The translations under genes and the position numbers were made by a program. A stretch of 64,000 nucleotides of DNA. Source: an uncultured delta proteobacterium. Lineage in GTDB: Bacteria; Myxococcota_A; Polyangia; Polyangiales; B10-G4. Below are positions 43,014 through 53,364 of the stretch, in pieces (positions within the stretch are counted from its first letter, which is position 1; each line of letters begins with the position of its first letter). The notes beneath the pieces were generated by a model that was not told the origin of the DNA, did no database searches, and saw only the letters and a program-made list of their open reading frames with translations. The stretch spans positions 1 to 64,000 of the forward strand of contig CAVSGI010000002.1 of NCBI GenBank assembly GCA_963727445.1, read 5' to 3'.

Positions 43014-44699
43014 GTGGCGCCCCGCCTCCCCGCTGCCTTCCTCTCCCTGCTCGTCTTCGCCCTGTTTGCGAGCGAGGTGCACGCGCAAGAGGACGACGCG
43101 GGAACCGGTTCGGGCGACGACACCACGGGCGACCAAGAAGCGCCGTGGTGGGGCGGGGGCGACGCCGGCGACTCCGCGTCTGACGCCGACTCCGACACAG
43201 ACTCCGCGTCTGACGCCGACTCCGACACAGACTCCGCGTCCGATTCCGCTTCCGACTCCGCTTCCGACTCCGAGGGCGCCGACACCGATGCCGACGTCGA
43301 CGCCGATGCCGCCTCCGACGCCGACCCGGACTCCGGCCCCGAGGAGTTCTCTCTTCCGGGCTCCGAGGAGGAGCAGGAGGAGGACGACGAGGAGGATGAC
43401 TTCTGGTCGGGCTTCGCCTTCGGTTCCTACGGGCGCGTGGTGGCTGCGAGCGACCTGCGCGGGGGAACCGGGCGCGATTCGGACATGGTCGCCTTCGGGC
43501 CACGCATCGACGAGTCCACCTACCTCGAGGTGGAGCTCCGCCGCGAGGACAAGTGGCGCTACATGCAGTCCAAGATCGTCGTCGACTTCGCCATCAACGG
43601 CGACCTGTTCCACTTCGACGGCAACTTCGACGAGAACCTCGCCATCCGGAACCTCTACCTCGAGCTGATCGACGTGGGGACCGAAGGGCTGCGAGTCTGG
43701 GCCGGCTCGCGGATGTGGCGCGGCGACGACATGTACCTGCTCAACACCTGGCCCCTCGACAACATCAACGCCCTCGGCGGGGGGCTCGATTACCACAACG
43801 ACAACTTCGAGCTCCGCACCGTCGCCGCCCTCGCGCGGCCGAACAATCCCTTCCAGACCCAGGTCATCGACGTCGCGCCCGAGGGCGGGCGCTTCACGCC
43901 GGACGAGGTCTTCATCCTCGACCGCCCGCGCCTGGTGCTCGCGGCGAAGGGAACCTACTTCCCCTTCGGGACCACCAACCCATTCGGCGCAAAGGCCGTG
44001 CTCTACGGCGAGTACCACTCGATGGCGAGCGGGTCGCGTCAGCTGACCGACGGCACCATCGAACAGCTCCCGGCGGACGACGGACTTCGCGCTCGGCGGG
44101 CAGCTCGGCGGCTGGCTCGTGGAAGGCACGCTTTCTTGAATCTCTTCTTCCGCTACGCGCGCGGGCTGGCGCATACGACCCTCTCGGCATGCCCTTCTCC
44201 ACCACCACGGTGATCACGACCGAGCGCGCCGAGGAGGCCATGCTCGCGCTCTCGGTGAACTACGAGTACGACTTGTTCGGCGTGCAGGGCGCGGCGTACT
44301 ACCGCCGCTTCCGCGATGCCGACCCCAGCCTCTTCGAGCGCAACCTGCTCGACCGAAGGCGCGATCGACATCGCGCCCGATGGTCTGGTTCACCGACTGG
44401 CTCGGGCGTCGCGGTCGACGGGAGCTAGCAGGGCATTCAGCAGCACGGCGCTGGACGAGACGACTGGCACCCCGGTGGGCGGCACCATCTTGAAGCTGGG
44501 CATCATCCCCTTCATCTCGCCCTTCGGGCCGCGGCACCTACACCCGCCCCCATATCCGCATCATCTATGCCGCCGACCTTTCGCGACGACGGCGCACGGC
44601 GCTATGTACAACTCAGCCGACCCGCGCGCGCGCACAGGTCGAACATTTCCTCGGAGTCGGAGCCGAATGGTGGATCGCAGTAGCAGCTACGGGAGCTAG
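43014..44699 (+). CDS. LamB/maltoporin-like carbohydrate porin with N-terminal Ser/Asp-repeat region; frameshifts after about 44090
   Basis: Signal peptide; FGSYGRV, TYLEVEL, IRNLYLE, WAGSRMWRGDDMYLL..W; C-terminal GVGAEWW in a shifted frame; directly upstream of a GH13 gene. Confidence 0.72.
43170..43240 (+). repeat. Exact 30-bp tandem repeat (about 2.3 copies) encoding DSASDADSDT
   Basis: actccgcgtctgacgccgactccgacacag at 43171-43200 and 43201-43230, partial at 43231-43240. Confidence 0.9.
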
Positions 44700-46556
44700 A
44701 TCTCGCGACCGCGAGTCTGCGCTGACCCTCGCGCTCGCGCGGCTGCGTCAGCGGCGAGCTGCGACGAGCGGCGAGACGTCGAGATCCGGATCGACCCACG
44801 TCGACGACTGGCGCGACGAAGTCATCTATCAGCTCATCGTCGACCGCTTCGCCAACGGCGAGCCGCGCAACGACTAGCGCGTCGATTACACCGGCTCGCT
44901 CGCCCGCTACCAGGGCGGCGACTGGCAGGGTGTCATCGACCACCTCGACTACCTCGAGGAGCTCGGGCGTCACCACGCTCTGGATCAGCCCCATCGTCCT
45001 CAACGTCGACACCGACGCGGGCATCGACGGCTACCACGGCTACTGGGCAGATCGACTTCGAGCGGCTCAACCCGCACTTCGGCGACCTGGCCACGCTGCG
45101 CGCGCATGATCAACGCAGGCCCACGCGCGCGGCATGAAGGTGGTGCTCGACATCGTCACCAACCACATGGGCCAGGTCTTCTACTACGACATCAACAGAA
45201 CGGGCAGCCGGACGAAGGCGTCGTCGGGCGGCTACCGGCGATGCGACCGGCAACCCGTCCTCCGATCGGCGATGCGAGAGCCCCGCTACTCCAGCGTCAC
45301 CGAGTTCGACCCGGACTACGACCCGCGCGGCATCCAGGCCGTATCACCTCGCTCGGCGAGGCGGGCCGGCGCCGATCCGCTTCTTCGACATGCCGGCGAT
45401 CTTCCGGACGCCGCCACGGCCCGCCGATCTTCGCAGGACCGAGCAGGCCTACAGCCGGCGCGGGCGGGTCGTCGAACTAGACGACCCGCGAGCAGGTCCT
45501 CTGCGGCGACTTCCCGGGCGGCCTCAAGGACATCAACACCGAGCGACCTGCGGGTGCGCGAGGAGTTGGTGCGGCGTCTACGCCGACTGGGTGATGAAGC
45601 TCGACCTCGACGGCTTGCGCATCGACACCCTCAAGCACGTCGACTACGGGTTCTGGGAGTTCTTCGCGCCGCGAGGTCCGGCGAGCGACTTGGCCGACGC
45701 GGGCAAGGACGAACTTCTTCATGTTCGGCGAGGCCTTCGACGGGCGACGACGATCCTCGTCGGCAGCTACACGCAGGCCCGGCCGGCTCGACTCGGTCTT
45801 CTACTTCTCGCAGAAGTTCCAGGTCTTCGACGACGTCTTCACGAACGGCGGCCCGACCACCAAGCATCCAGAGCTCTCTCGACGAGCGCGCCGCCAACTA
45901 CGGGCACCATGCCGCAGCACCGGCGGCGTCGAGCGTTCCGCTCCGACGGCAGGTGCTGGTGAACTTCATCGACAACCACGACGTCTCGCGCTTTCTCTTC
46001 GAGCGCATGGAGCGAGGGCCCGCGCCTGCGCGCCGCGCTCGGCCTATCTCCTCACCGAGGATGGCATCCCCTGCATCTACTACGGCACCGAGCAGGAGTA
46101 CGACGGCGGCAACGACCCCAGCAACCGCGAGCCGCTTTGGCGGAGCAACTACGACACCAGGGCGAGACCTTCCAGCAGATCGCGCGCCTCACCCGCATCC
46201 GCAGGCAGTACGACGCCGCTGCGCCGCGGCGAGCTTCGACATCCGCTGGGCTGACCGACCGCGTCGGGCGACGAACAGGACGACGCCGGGATCATCGCGT
46301 TCGAGCGGACGCACCCCGGACGGCGCGCTACGCGCTGGTGGTGATCAACACCCAGAGCCGCCACGCCTCGGAGACCAGCGCGACCACCATGATGGGCGAG
46401 TCGATGACCGTCGGCGCCTCACCCAACGCCACTTTGGTCGACGTCATCAACGGCGAGCGGGTCACGGTCAGCGGTGCCGCGCAGATGAGCGTGCCGGTCG
46501 ACCCGCTTCAGGTGCGGATCTTCGTCCCCGAAGCCGACTACGTCGAAGGGCTCTGA
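44699..46556 (+). CDS. GH13 alpha-amylase family glycoside hydrolase, probably a lipoprotein; heavily frameshifted, start approximate
   Basis: [77 protein letters not shown] and [11 protein letters not shown] in order across frames. Confidence 0.85.
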
Positions 46557-46558
46557 CG

Positions 46559-47476
46559 ATGCGCCGCGTCCTCGTGCCGCTGTTCGCCCTCGCCAGCCTC
46601 GTCGCCGCGTGTGGCGACGACGGCACGGGCACCACGGACAGCGCGATGCCCCCGGATGGCGCCACCGACACCGGGACGACCCCGGACGCGTCTCCCGACG
46701 CGTCTGCCGACGCGACCCCCGACGCCACGCCCGACGCGGCGCCGATGATGCTCACCGAGATGGAGCCGAATGACGGCACGACCACCGACGAGGTGAACGA
46801 CCTGCCGATCGGCGCGACGATGAGCGGCGCGATCGACGCCGCTGGTGACTCCGACATCTTCCGCATCCCCACAGTGGGCGGCCACGCCTACGTGATCCAG
46901 CTGACGACTCCCGGCGCGCTGATGGGTCACCTCACGGTGATCGACTCCGGTCGGGACGGCGCCGCCGCCGGCGAGGACTACGTGCATCTGAGCCGGACGG
47001 GTACCGAAGCCGATGTCGAGCTCGATCTACTCGCGATGGGCGACGGTCATCTGGTCGCGGTGCGCGACGTGCGGAGCCTCGATGGCGGGGCGGGCTCAGG
47101 CGGGGCCGACCACGACTACGTCCTTTCGGTCACCGAGGTCCCGGCTGCGTCAATCGCGACGCCGCTCACCTTCCCCAGCACCGTCACCGGCGCGCTCGAC
47201 CATCCGGGCGCGATGGGCGTCCACTCCTTCGACGGTACGGAGGGAACCTGGGTGACCCTGGACCTCGCGCCCACCGGGATGATGGACGGCCGGCTCTTCA
47301 TCGTCTCCGAGGCGACGGGCAGCTGGATCGCGCGCAACGACGATCGCTCGGCCGGCGACACCTCGCCGCTCATCGACGCGCCGCTGACGGCCTCCGGCAC
47401 GATGTACCTCGTCGTCGAGAACATCGACGAGATGGCCACCGGCCTCGGCTATTCGATCGCCGCGTCGACCGAGTAG
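46559..47476 (+). CDS. Lipoprotein with two PPC-like (pre-peptidase C-terminal) domains
   Basis: MRRVLVPLFALASLVAA-CGDD; TPDA linker; EMEPND, G.IDAAGDSDIFRI, ARNDD. Confidence 0.75.
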   Translation: MRRVLVPLFALASLVAACGDDGTGTTDSAMPPDGATDTGTTPDASPDASADATPDATPDAAPMMLTEMEPNDGTTTDEVNDLPIGATMSGAIDAAGDSDIFRIPTVGGHAYVIQLTTPGALMGHLTVIDSGRDGAAAGEDYVHLSRTGTEADVELDLLAMGDGHLVAVRDVRSLDGGAGSGGADHDYVLSVTEVPAASIATPLTFPSTVTGALDHPGAMGVHSFDGTEGTWVTLDLAPTGMMDGRLFIVSEATGSWIARNDDRSAGDTSPLIDAPLTASGTMYLVVENIDEMATGLGYSIAASTE

Positions 47477-47480
47477 CGCA

Positions 47481-49243
47481 CTACTGCGAGCGACGTCCGA
47501 AGATGCGCAGCCTGAGGTGCGCGAGCTGTGATCTCGACGACGCGAGCGGCGACCTTGGCGGCGCCTTCGTCCTCCCGCTTTTCGAGGGCGTCGCTCTCGT
47601 AGAGCTCGGCGGCCTTGCGGCGCTGCACCTTGCCGCTCGAGGTCTTCGGGAATGGTACCGGCGGGCACGACCTTCACCTCGTCCACCATCAGGCCGGTCG
47701 CGTCGTAGACCGCCTTCTTCACGCGCGAGGCGATGTCGTCGAAGCCGCCCTTCTCCTTGGTCTCGGCGACCACGACCACCGCCTCTCGGCCGAGCCCCTC
47801 GCGATAGCCGGCGAAGGCGATGGCGTTGCCGGTCCGCACCCCATCCACCGCACCCGCCGCCCACTCGAGGTCCTGCGGGTAGTAGTTCTTGCCATTGACG
47901 ATGATCACGTCCTTGGCGCGGCCGCAGATGAAGATCTGCTCGTCGGCGAGGTAGCCGAGGTCGCCGGTGTTGATAGCCATCCGTCTTCGATGGTCTCGGC
48001 CGTCTTGTCCGGATTCTCGAAGTACTCCTTCATCACGCTCGGGCCGCTGATCTGGATCTCGCCGACACGGCGCTCCGGCAGGACGGCCCGGCTCTCGGTG
48101 TCGACGATGCGGATGCCGTGGTCGGGGAAGGCTTTGCCGCAGCCCACGATCTCGAGCGACTCGGAGTCCTCGCTCTCGGGCGCCTTCGCCTCGCCTCGGG
48201 CCCACAGCGTGTCGCTGTCCACCACGTCGGTGGGGATGCCGGTCGAGAACGCGATCGCCAGGGTGTTCTCCGCCATGCCGTAGCTCGGGACGAACGCGCT
48301 CTCGCGGAAGCCCTGGGCCGAAAAGCGCTGAGCGAAGGCACGTAGCGTGTCCGCCTGGATGGGCTCGGCGCCGCAACCGGCGATGCGCACCGACGACAGG
48401 TCGATGCCTTCGAGATCCTTGTCGCGGATGCGCTTGGTCGCGATCGCGTAGGAGAAGTTCGGGCCGTAGGTGATGGTGCCGCGGTGCTTCGACAGATACT
48501 CGAGCCAGGTCACGGGTCGCTTCAGGAACGACAGCGGTGACATGAAGGTCACGGGCACCCGATGATGGATCGGCGCGAGGACGAAGCCGATGAGCCCCAT
48601 GTCGTGGAAGAGCGGAAGCCAGCTCACGCCGCGGTCCTCGCCATCGGTGGACAGGCCGTCGCGCATGATGGCGGCGCAGTTGTGCGTGGAGGTTGTCGTG
48701 GGTGACCACCACGCCCTTGGGCGTCGAGGTCGAGCCAGAGGTGAACTGGATGAAGCACGTGTCATCGCCCGTGAGGCCGGGGTCGACGAAGAGCGACGCG
48801 TCACCCTCGAGGTCGGCCACGGTGAGCATCGCCTGAAGCGAGGGCGCGGCGTCGTGGAGCTTTCCGAGCACCGCCTTGATCTGACTGTTGGTGACGAGGT
48901 GACTCGCGCGCGAGGCGCTCACGATGTGCTTGGCGTGGTCGAGATAGCCGCCGAGCTGACCCATGCCCATCGGGGGATAGAGGGGCACCGGCACGCCGCC
49001 GCCCTGCACCACCCCGAGGAAGGCCGGGATGAACTCGTTCGACGCGGGGAGCACCAGGGCGATGCGATCCCCCTTCTTCATCCCGCGCTCGCGGAGGGCG
49101 ACCGCGATCTGCTTTGCCTGCTCGAGCAGGCTCGCCCAGGTGTGCTCATCCTCCGACCCGTCGTCGGCGACGAAGGTGAATCCGTAGCCTTCGCGCTCGG
49201 CCGCGCGGGCCAGGGCCTGGGGGATGGTGCGGATGTCGGTCAT
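47481..49243 (-). CDS. Fatty acyl-AMP ligase (FAAL), several frameshifts
   Basis: FIQFTSGSTSTPKGVVVTH, VSWLPLFHDMGLIG, PNFSY, SYGMAENTL, TGDLGY, GRAKDVIIVNGKNYYPQDLE. Confidence 0.88.
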
Positions 49244-49374
49244 GGCGCGGCGGTATTACAAGAAGCCGCCATGGGTGCAAATCGAGGGCCCCGCGGATGG
49301 CGGATCCGCCCGTTCGCCGTGAATGAGCGTCCACGATCGCGAGCTCGGCGCACGGCATCCTTCGACAATTCGCA

Positions 49375-49390
49375 CGGCATCCATCTTGCT
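49375..49390 (+). promoter_or_regulatory. Possible sigma54 promoter for 49408..49980
   Basis: CGGCATccatcTTGCT has GG-N10-GC spacing and ends 17 nt before the ATG. Confidence 0.5.
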
Positions 49391-49407
49391 GACGCGCGAA
49401 GGTGACC

Positions 49408-49980
49408 ATGTACACCCTCCTTCGGGCATCCCTCCTCCTCGCCCTCTTCGCGTCCGCCGCTTGCGGCACCGCCCCCGGGTACACCCGCGACCAGACGGTT
49501 CAGGATCGAACCGCCACCGTCGCTTCCTCGCCCACGACTGTTGCCGTCCACCACGACGGCGACGTGACGACCCGCGAGCTCGCCCAGGGCGAGACCGCCG
49601 TGATCGTCGTGCCGACGCCGGCCCCCGCGCAGCCCCAGGTCGTGCTCCAACAGGCCCCGACTCCCCAAGAGGTCGCGGCCCCTGCGACGCCGGCCCCGGC
49701 CGGGCCCGCCGCGGCCTTCACCTGCAGCGGCAATCAGGAGCTGCGCCTGCACAACCGCCACGTCAACGGCGACGGCGGAGTCGCGGTCTTCGCCACCGAC
49801 GACTGCCACGTCGTGATCTCGGAGGTCATCCTCCGCGGCGAGCCGGCGGTGGTCGCGATGGGCAACGCGCGGGTCGACGTGGTGGAGACGCGGATCTACG
49901 GCGACCTGGTGTCGAGCGGCAACGCGACCGTGAACGTGCGCGGCTCCCGCCATCACACCGGCACCGTCGTCCGCAACTGA
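49408..49980 (+). CDS. Hypothetical lipoprotein with Pro/Ala linker and beta-solenoid-like C-terminus
   Basis: MYTLLRASLLLALFASAA-C; C-terminal repeated A.GNA.V strands. Confidence 0.7.
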   Translation: MYTLLRASLLLALFASAACGTAPGYTRDQTVQDRTATVASSPTTVAVHHDGDVTTRELAQGETAVIVVPTPAPAQPQVVLQQAPTPQEVAAPATPAPAGPAAAFTCSGNQELRLHNRHVNGDGGVAVFATDDCHVVISEVILRGEPAVVAMGNARVDVVETRIYGDLVSSGNATVNVRGSRHHTGTVVRN

Positions 49981-50069
49981 AGCGCCTCCACGGCTCACAA
50001 GAGACGGCCGTCTTCCGGTATACTGGACTTCGGTCGCGGCGCGCGCGCCGGGCCGAAGGAGGACTTCTC

Positions 50070-51227
50070 ATGCGTGCTTTCTCTGCTTCTTCATTCGTCA
50101 TCATCCTGACTTTCGCCGGCCTCGGCTGCGGCGACGACGGTGGCGCCGCGGGCGACACCGGAACGGCGATGGACGGTGGCGATACCGGCACCTCGATGGA
50201 CTCGGGGGGTGGAGGAGACGGTGGAGGCGGCGACGGCAGCGCGGGCGACGGCGGCGGCGGTGACGGCAGCGCGGGCGACGGCGGCGGGGGCGACGGTGGC
50301 GGTGGCGACGCCGGCATCAGCTGCGCGGCGGGCGAAACGGCTTGCGGCACGACCTGCGTGACCCTCGGCTCCGACCCTGCGAACTGTGGTGACTGCGGCA
50401 TGGCCTGCGCGAGCGGCGAGGTCTGCTCGGGCGGCACCTGCGCCGCGATGTGTTCGGGGGGGCTGACCGATTGTAGCGGCGCTTGCGTGGACACCCAGAC
50501 CGACACCGCCAACTGCGGCGACTGCGGCATGGCTTGCGCCAGCGGCGAGACCTGCGCCTTCGGCACCTGCGGCTGCGCCTTCGGCGAGGTCGACTGTAGC
50601 GGCACCTGCGCGAACCTGCGCAACGACCCCGCCAATTGCGGCGGCTGCGGAATGGCGTGCGCGTCCGGGGAGGTGTGCTCGCGCGGCGTCTGCGCCGCGA
50701 TGTGCGGCACGGGGCTCACGGATTGCAGTGGCACCTGCACCAACACCGACTTCGACCCCGCCAACTGCGGCGGCTGCGGAATGGCGTGCGCCAGCGGAGA
50801 GGTCTGCAACGCAGGCACCTGCACCGTGATGTGTGGCTTCGGCGAACGTTACTGCGACGGCGCATGCGTCACGACCTTCAACGATCCGGCGAACTGCGGC
50901 GACTGCGGCAACGCGTGCGCTTCCGGCGAAGCCTGCTCTCGTGGCGTGTGCACCGGCATGTGCCCCGCGGGCACCACCGATTGCAGCGGCTCGTGCGTGC
51001 GCACCGACTTCGACCCGGCTAACTGTGGCGGGTGCGGCACCGCGTGCGCTGCGGACGAGTACTGCGCCGCCGGCACCTGCACCGGCTGCCCAGGCGGTAG
51101 CACGTCGTGCGGCGGAGTCTGCACCAACACCGACACCGATCCACGCAACTGCGGCTCGTGCGGCACGACCTGCGGCCGCCGCCAGGTCTGCCGGAGCGGC
51201 AGCTGCGTCGGCTTCGGCACACCCTGA
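50070..51227 (+). CDS. Lipoprotein with 7 tandem Cys-rich repeats (C..G.T.C.G.C...DPANCG.CG.AC..GE.C..G.C)
   Basis: AAGGAGGA RBS; GLG-CGDD; Gly/Asp linker; seven repeats of about 42 aa counted by eye. Confidence 0.88.
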   Translation: MRAFSASSFVIILTFAGLGCGDDGGAAGDTGTAMDGGDTGTSMDSGGGGDGGGGDGSAGDGGGGDGSAGDGGGGDGGGGDAGISCAAGETACGTTCVTLGSDPANCGDCGMACASGEVCSGGTCAAMCSGGLTDCSGACVDTQTDTANCGDCGMACASGETCAFGTCGCAFGEVDCSGTCANLRNDPANCGGCGMACASGEVCSRGVCAAMCGTGLTDCSGTCTNTDFDPANCGGCGMACASGEVCNAGTCTVMCGFGERYCDGACVTTFNDPANCGDCGNACASGEACSRGVCTGMCPAGTTDCSGSCVRTDFDPANCGGCGTACAADEYCAAGTCTGCPGGSTSCGGVCTNTDTDPRNCGSCGTTCGRRQVCRSGSCVGFGTP

Positions 51228-51237
51228 GCCGAGCCTC

Positions 51238-51295
51238 GTGGCCTCCCGTCGGGGAGGCCACCCGGCTTCGCCGCCTCCCATCTGGGAGGCCACCC
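51238..51295. repeat. Twin GC-rich palindromes (REP-like element or bidirectional terminator)
   Basis: gtggcctccc-gtcg-gggaggccac (51238-51261) and gcctccc-atct-gggaggc (51273-51290), between convergent genes. Confidence 0.65.
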
Positions 51296-51305
51296 AGCTC
51301 TGCCC

Positions 51306-52028
51306 TCAGTCGACCGACACCACCACGGCGGTGATGTTGTCGCGAGCGTCGTTGCGCCAGGCTTCGCTGATGAGCGCGGGGATCACCAGCTCGTTTGGGG
51401 CGCTCGAGAGGATCGACCACAGGCGCCGGTGACTCACGGAGCCCGACAGCCCGTCGCTGCAGATGAGGTAGCGATCACTGGGCTCGAGGGTGACGCTCAC
51501 CACCTCGTGCCCTGGCTCACCCACCCCGAGCGCGCGGGTGAGGATGTGGCCGTTCGCCGCCCGATAGGCCTCTGGCACGCCGGCGGCGCGGAGCTCTTCG
51601 AGGAGGGAGTGGTCCCGGGTGAGCGCCTCGAGGCGCGACGATCGATAGCGGTAGATGCGGCTGTCTCCCACGTGGGCGATCACCGCTGCGCCGTCGGATT
51701 CGACGCGAAGCGCAGCGAGGGTCGTCCCCATCTGCGCCAGCGCTCCTGTACGCGCCCGCGCGACCTCCTGGTGGGCCATGCGGAAGGCGAGATCCATCCG
51801 GGCTTCCCGGATCGACGCATCGTCGTTGCTCGCGTCGCCGGCGCGCTCGAAGAAGCGCGTGAGGGTCTGGATGGCGAGGCGGCTCGCGATCTCGCCACCA
51901 TCGTAACCTCCGACGCCATCGGCGACGGCGTACACACCGGCGAAGTGATCGACGGTGAAGAGGTCTTGGTTCTGGGACCGGCGGCCGATGTCGGTACCAC
52001 CGAACGCCGACAAGCGGATGGGAGTCAT
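51306..52028 (-). CDS. PP2C/PPM-family Ser/Thr protein phosphatase
   Basis: TDIGRR..NQD, VADGVGG, MGTT, AHVGDSRIY, LTRDHS, LTRALG, ICSDGL, DNIT. Confidence 0.92.
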   Translation of the reverse strand: MTPIRLSAFGGTDIGRRSQNQDLFTVDHFAGVYAVADGVGGYDGGEIASRLAIQTLTRFFERAGDASNDDASIREARMDLAFRMAHQEVARARTGALAQMGTTLAALRVESDGAAVIAHVGDSRIYRYRSSRLEALTRDHSLLEELRAAGVPEAYRAANGHILTRALGVGEPGHEVVSVTLEPSDRYLICSDGLSGSVSHRRLWSILSSAPNELVIPALISEAWRNDARDNITAVVVSVD

Positions 52029-52041
52029 CGGCCCGAAGCAT

Positions 52042-52057
52042 TGCGATCCCCGTGCCA
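52042..52057 (-). promoter_or_regulatory. Sigma54-type promoter of the PP2C gene
   Basis: Minus strand reads TGGCACGGGGATCGCA against consensus TGGCACG-N4-TTGCW. Confidence 0.6.
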
Positions 52058-52107
52058 CGCAAAAAGTCCATGAATCACGGCTTGCTGCTCGGACGAAGGC
52101 TCACGTC

Positions 52108-52127
52108 TCTGAAACATGCGTTTCAGA
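52108..52127. promoter_or_regulatory. Perfect inverted repeat, candidate activator/operator site
   Basis: TCTGAAAC-atgc-GTTTCAGA, AT-rich for this DNA, about 50 bp upstream of the -24 box. Confidence 0.55.
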
Positions 52128-52149
52128 TGTGAACGACGGGGACGCCGCC

Positions 52150-53316
52150 CTAGGGACCGTCTGGGGACTGGACGCAGTAGCGATCGATGAGCTGCCGCAG
52201 AAGCGTCACGGTCCGCGGGATGTCCGCGAGTGGGAGGTACTCGTCGGGGCGATGTGCCACACCGATCGAGCCAGGCCCCATGACCACGGTCTCGATCCCC
52301 AGGGTCGTCAAGAACGGTGCCTCGGTGCCGAAGGCCACCACCCCGGCGGCTGCGCCCGTGAGCTCTTCGGACACCTTCACCAGATCCGCCTCTGGGTCGG
52401 TGGCGAAGGCTGGAACGCCGTCGAAGATCGACGACAGCTCGAGGCGCAGCTCGCTGTCCGCGAGGGCGCTCCGCACCTCGTCACGGAGCCGAGTGCGCGT
52501 CTCTTCGAGGTCCATCCCGGGCACCGGCCGCAGGTCGATGTCGAGTCGTGCGCTGGCGCAGATGCGGTTGGGGGCGTCGCCGCCGGCGATGCGCCCCAGG
52601 TTGAGCGTGGGCACAGGCACGTCGAAGGATTCGTCGCGGTGCTCGCGCCCGAGCTGCTCGCGGAAACGGACGAGGCGCTCGAGCACCTGCTGCATTCCAT
52701 CGAGGGCGCTGACCCCGAGGCGGGGATCGCTCGAGTGGCCCGAACGGCCGAGGAGCTCGATGGTCTCGATGAGGATGCCCTTGTGCGAGCGGATGCATCG
52801 CAGGCCCGTGGGCTCGCCGATGACCGCGCGCCGAGCGAGCTTCACCCCACCCTCGGCGAGCGCCCGGGCCCCGCTCATCGTGGACTCTTCGTCGGCTGTG
52901 CCGAGGATGATCAGCGGCTCCGTGAGATCCGACGCCCGGTAGGCGCTCGCCGCCTGCAGGGCCAGCGCGAGGAACGACTTCATGTCGGCCGTTCCCAGAC
53001 CGTGCAGGCGGTCCTCGCGCTCCGTGACCACGAAGGGATCGCTCTGCCAGGCCCCCTCGTCCCAGGGAACGGTGTCGGTGTGGCCCGAGAGCAGCAGTCC
53101 CCCCGGCCCGGATCCACCGAGACGCACGCAGACGTTCACCTTCCCCTCGCGACCGGGCACGGGCCAGAGCTCCACCTGGCCTCCGATCGCCTCTCCCCAC
53201 TCCGCCACCAGCTCCGCCACCCCACGGTTGCTCTGGTCCCGCGCGGCATCGGTGCTGGACACCGAGGGCTGGGCGATTAGCTCTGCGATCATCTCGCGGG
53301 TCTCGGGAAGGCTCAC
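52150..53316 (-). CDS. argE: Acetylornithine deacetylase (M20 family)
   Basis: LLSGHTDTVP, GLGTADMK, ADEESTM, IGEPT, SHKG, FGTEAPF, GPGSIGVAHRPDEYL; TATCGT box 6 nt before GTG 53316. Confidence 0.88.
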   Translation of the reverse strand: MSLPETREMIAELIAQPSVSSTDAARDQSNRGVAELVAEWGEAIGGQVELWPVPGREGKVNVCVRLGGSGPGGLLLSGHTDTVPWDEGAWQSDPFVVTEREDRLHGLGTADMKSFLALALQAASAYRASDLTEPLIILGTADEESTMSGARALAEGGVKLARRAVIGEPTGLRCIRSHKGILIETIELLGRSGHSSDPRLGVSALDGMQQVLERLVRFREQLGREHRDESFDVPVPTLNLGRIAGGDAPNRICASARLDIDLRPVPGMDLEETRTRLRDEVRSALADSELRLELSSIFDGVPAFATDPEADLVKVSEELTGAAAGVVAFGTEAPFLTTLGIETVVMGPGSIGVAHRPDEYLPLADIPRTVTLLRQLIDRYCVQSPDGP

Positions 53317-53364
53317 CCGCGCACGATAACACCCGTTTGTCGCGTATGCTCCGCCCCCGCCGCC

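Noticed and set aside
39708..44876. Amber recoding (pyrrolysine or alternative code) from in-frame TAGs at 39708 and 44874
   Set aside because: TAG is a normal stop elsewhere (8596, 32321, 47476), no pyl genes are present, and each case is one substitution from a sense codon.
45134..47476. 780-aa ORF as an amylase-lipoprotein fusion
   Set aside because: Produced by frameshifts; the amylase ends at 46556 and a new signal peptide starts at 46559.
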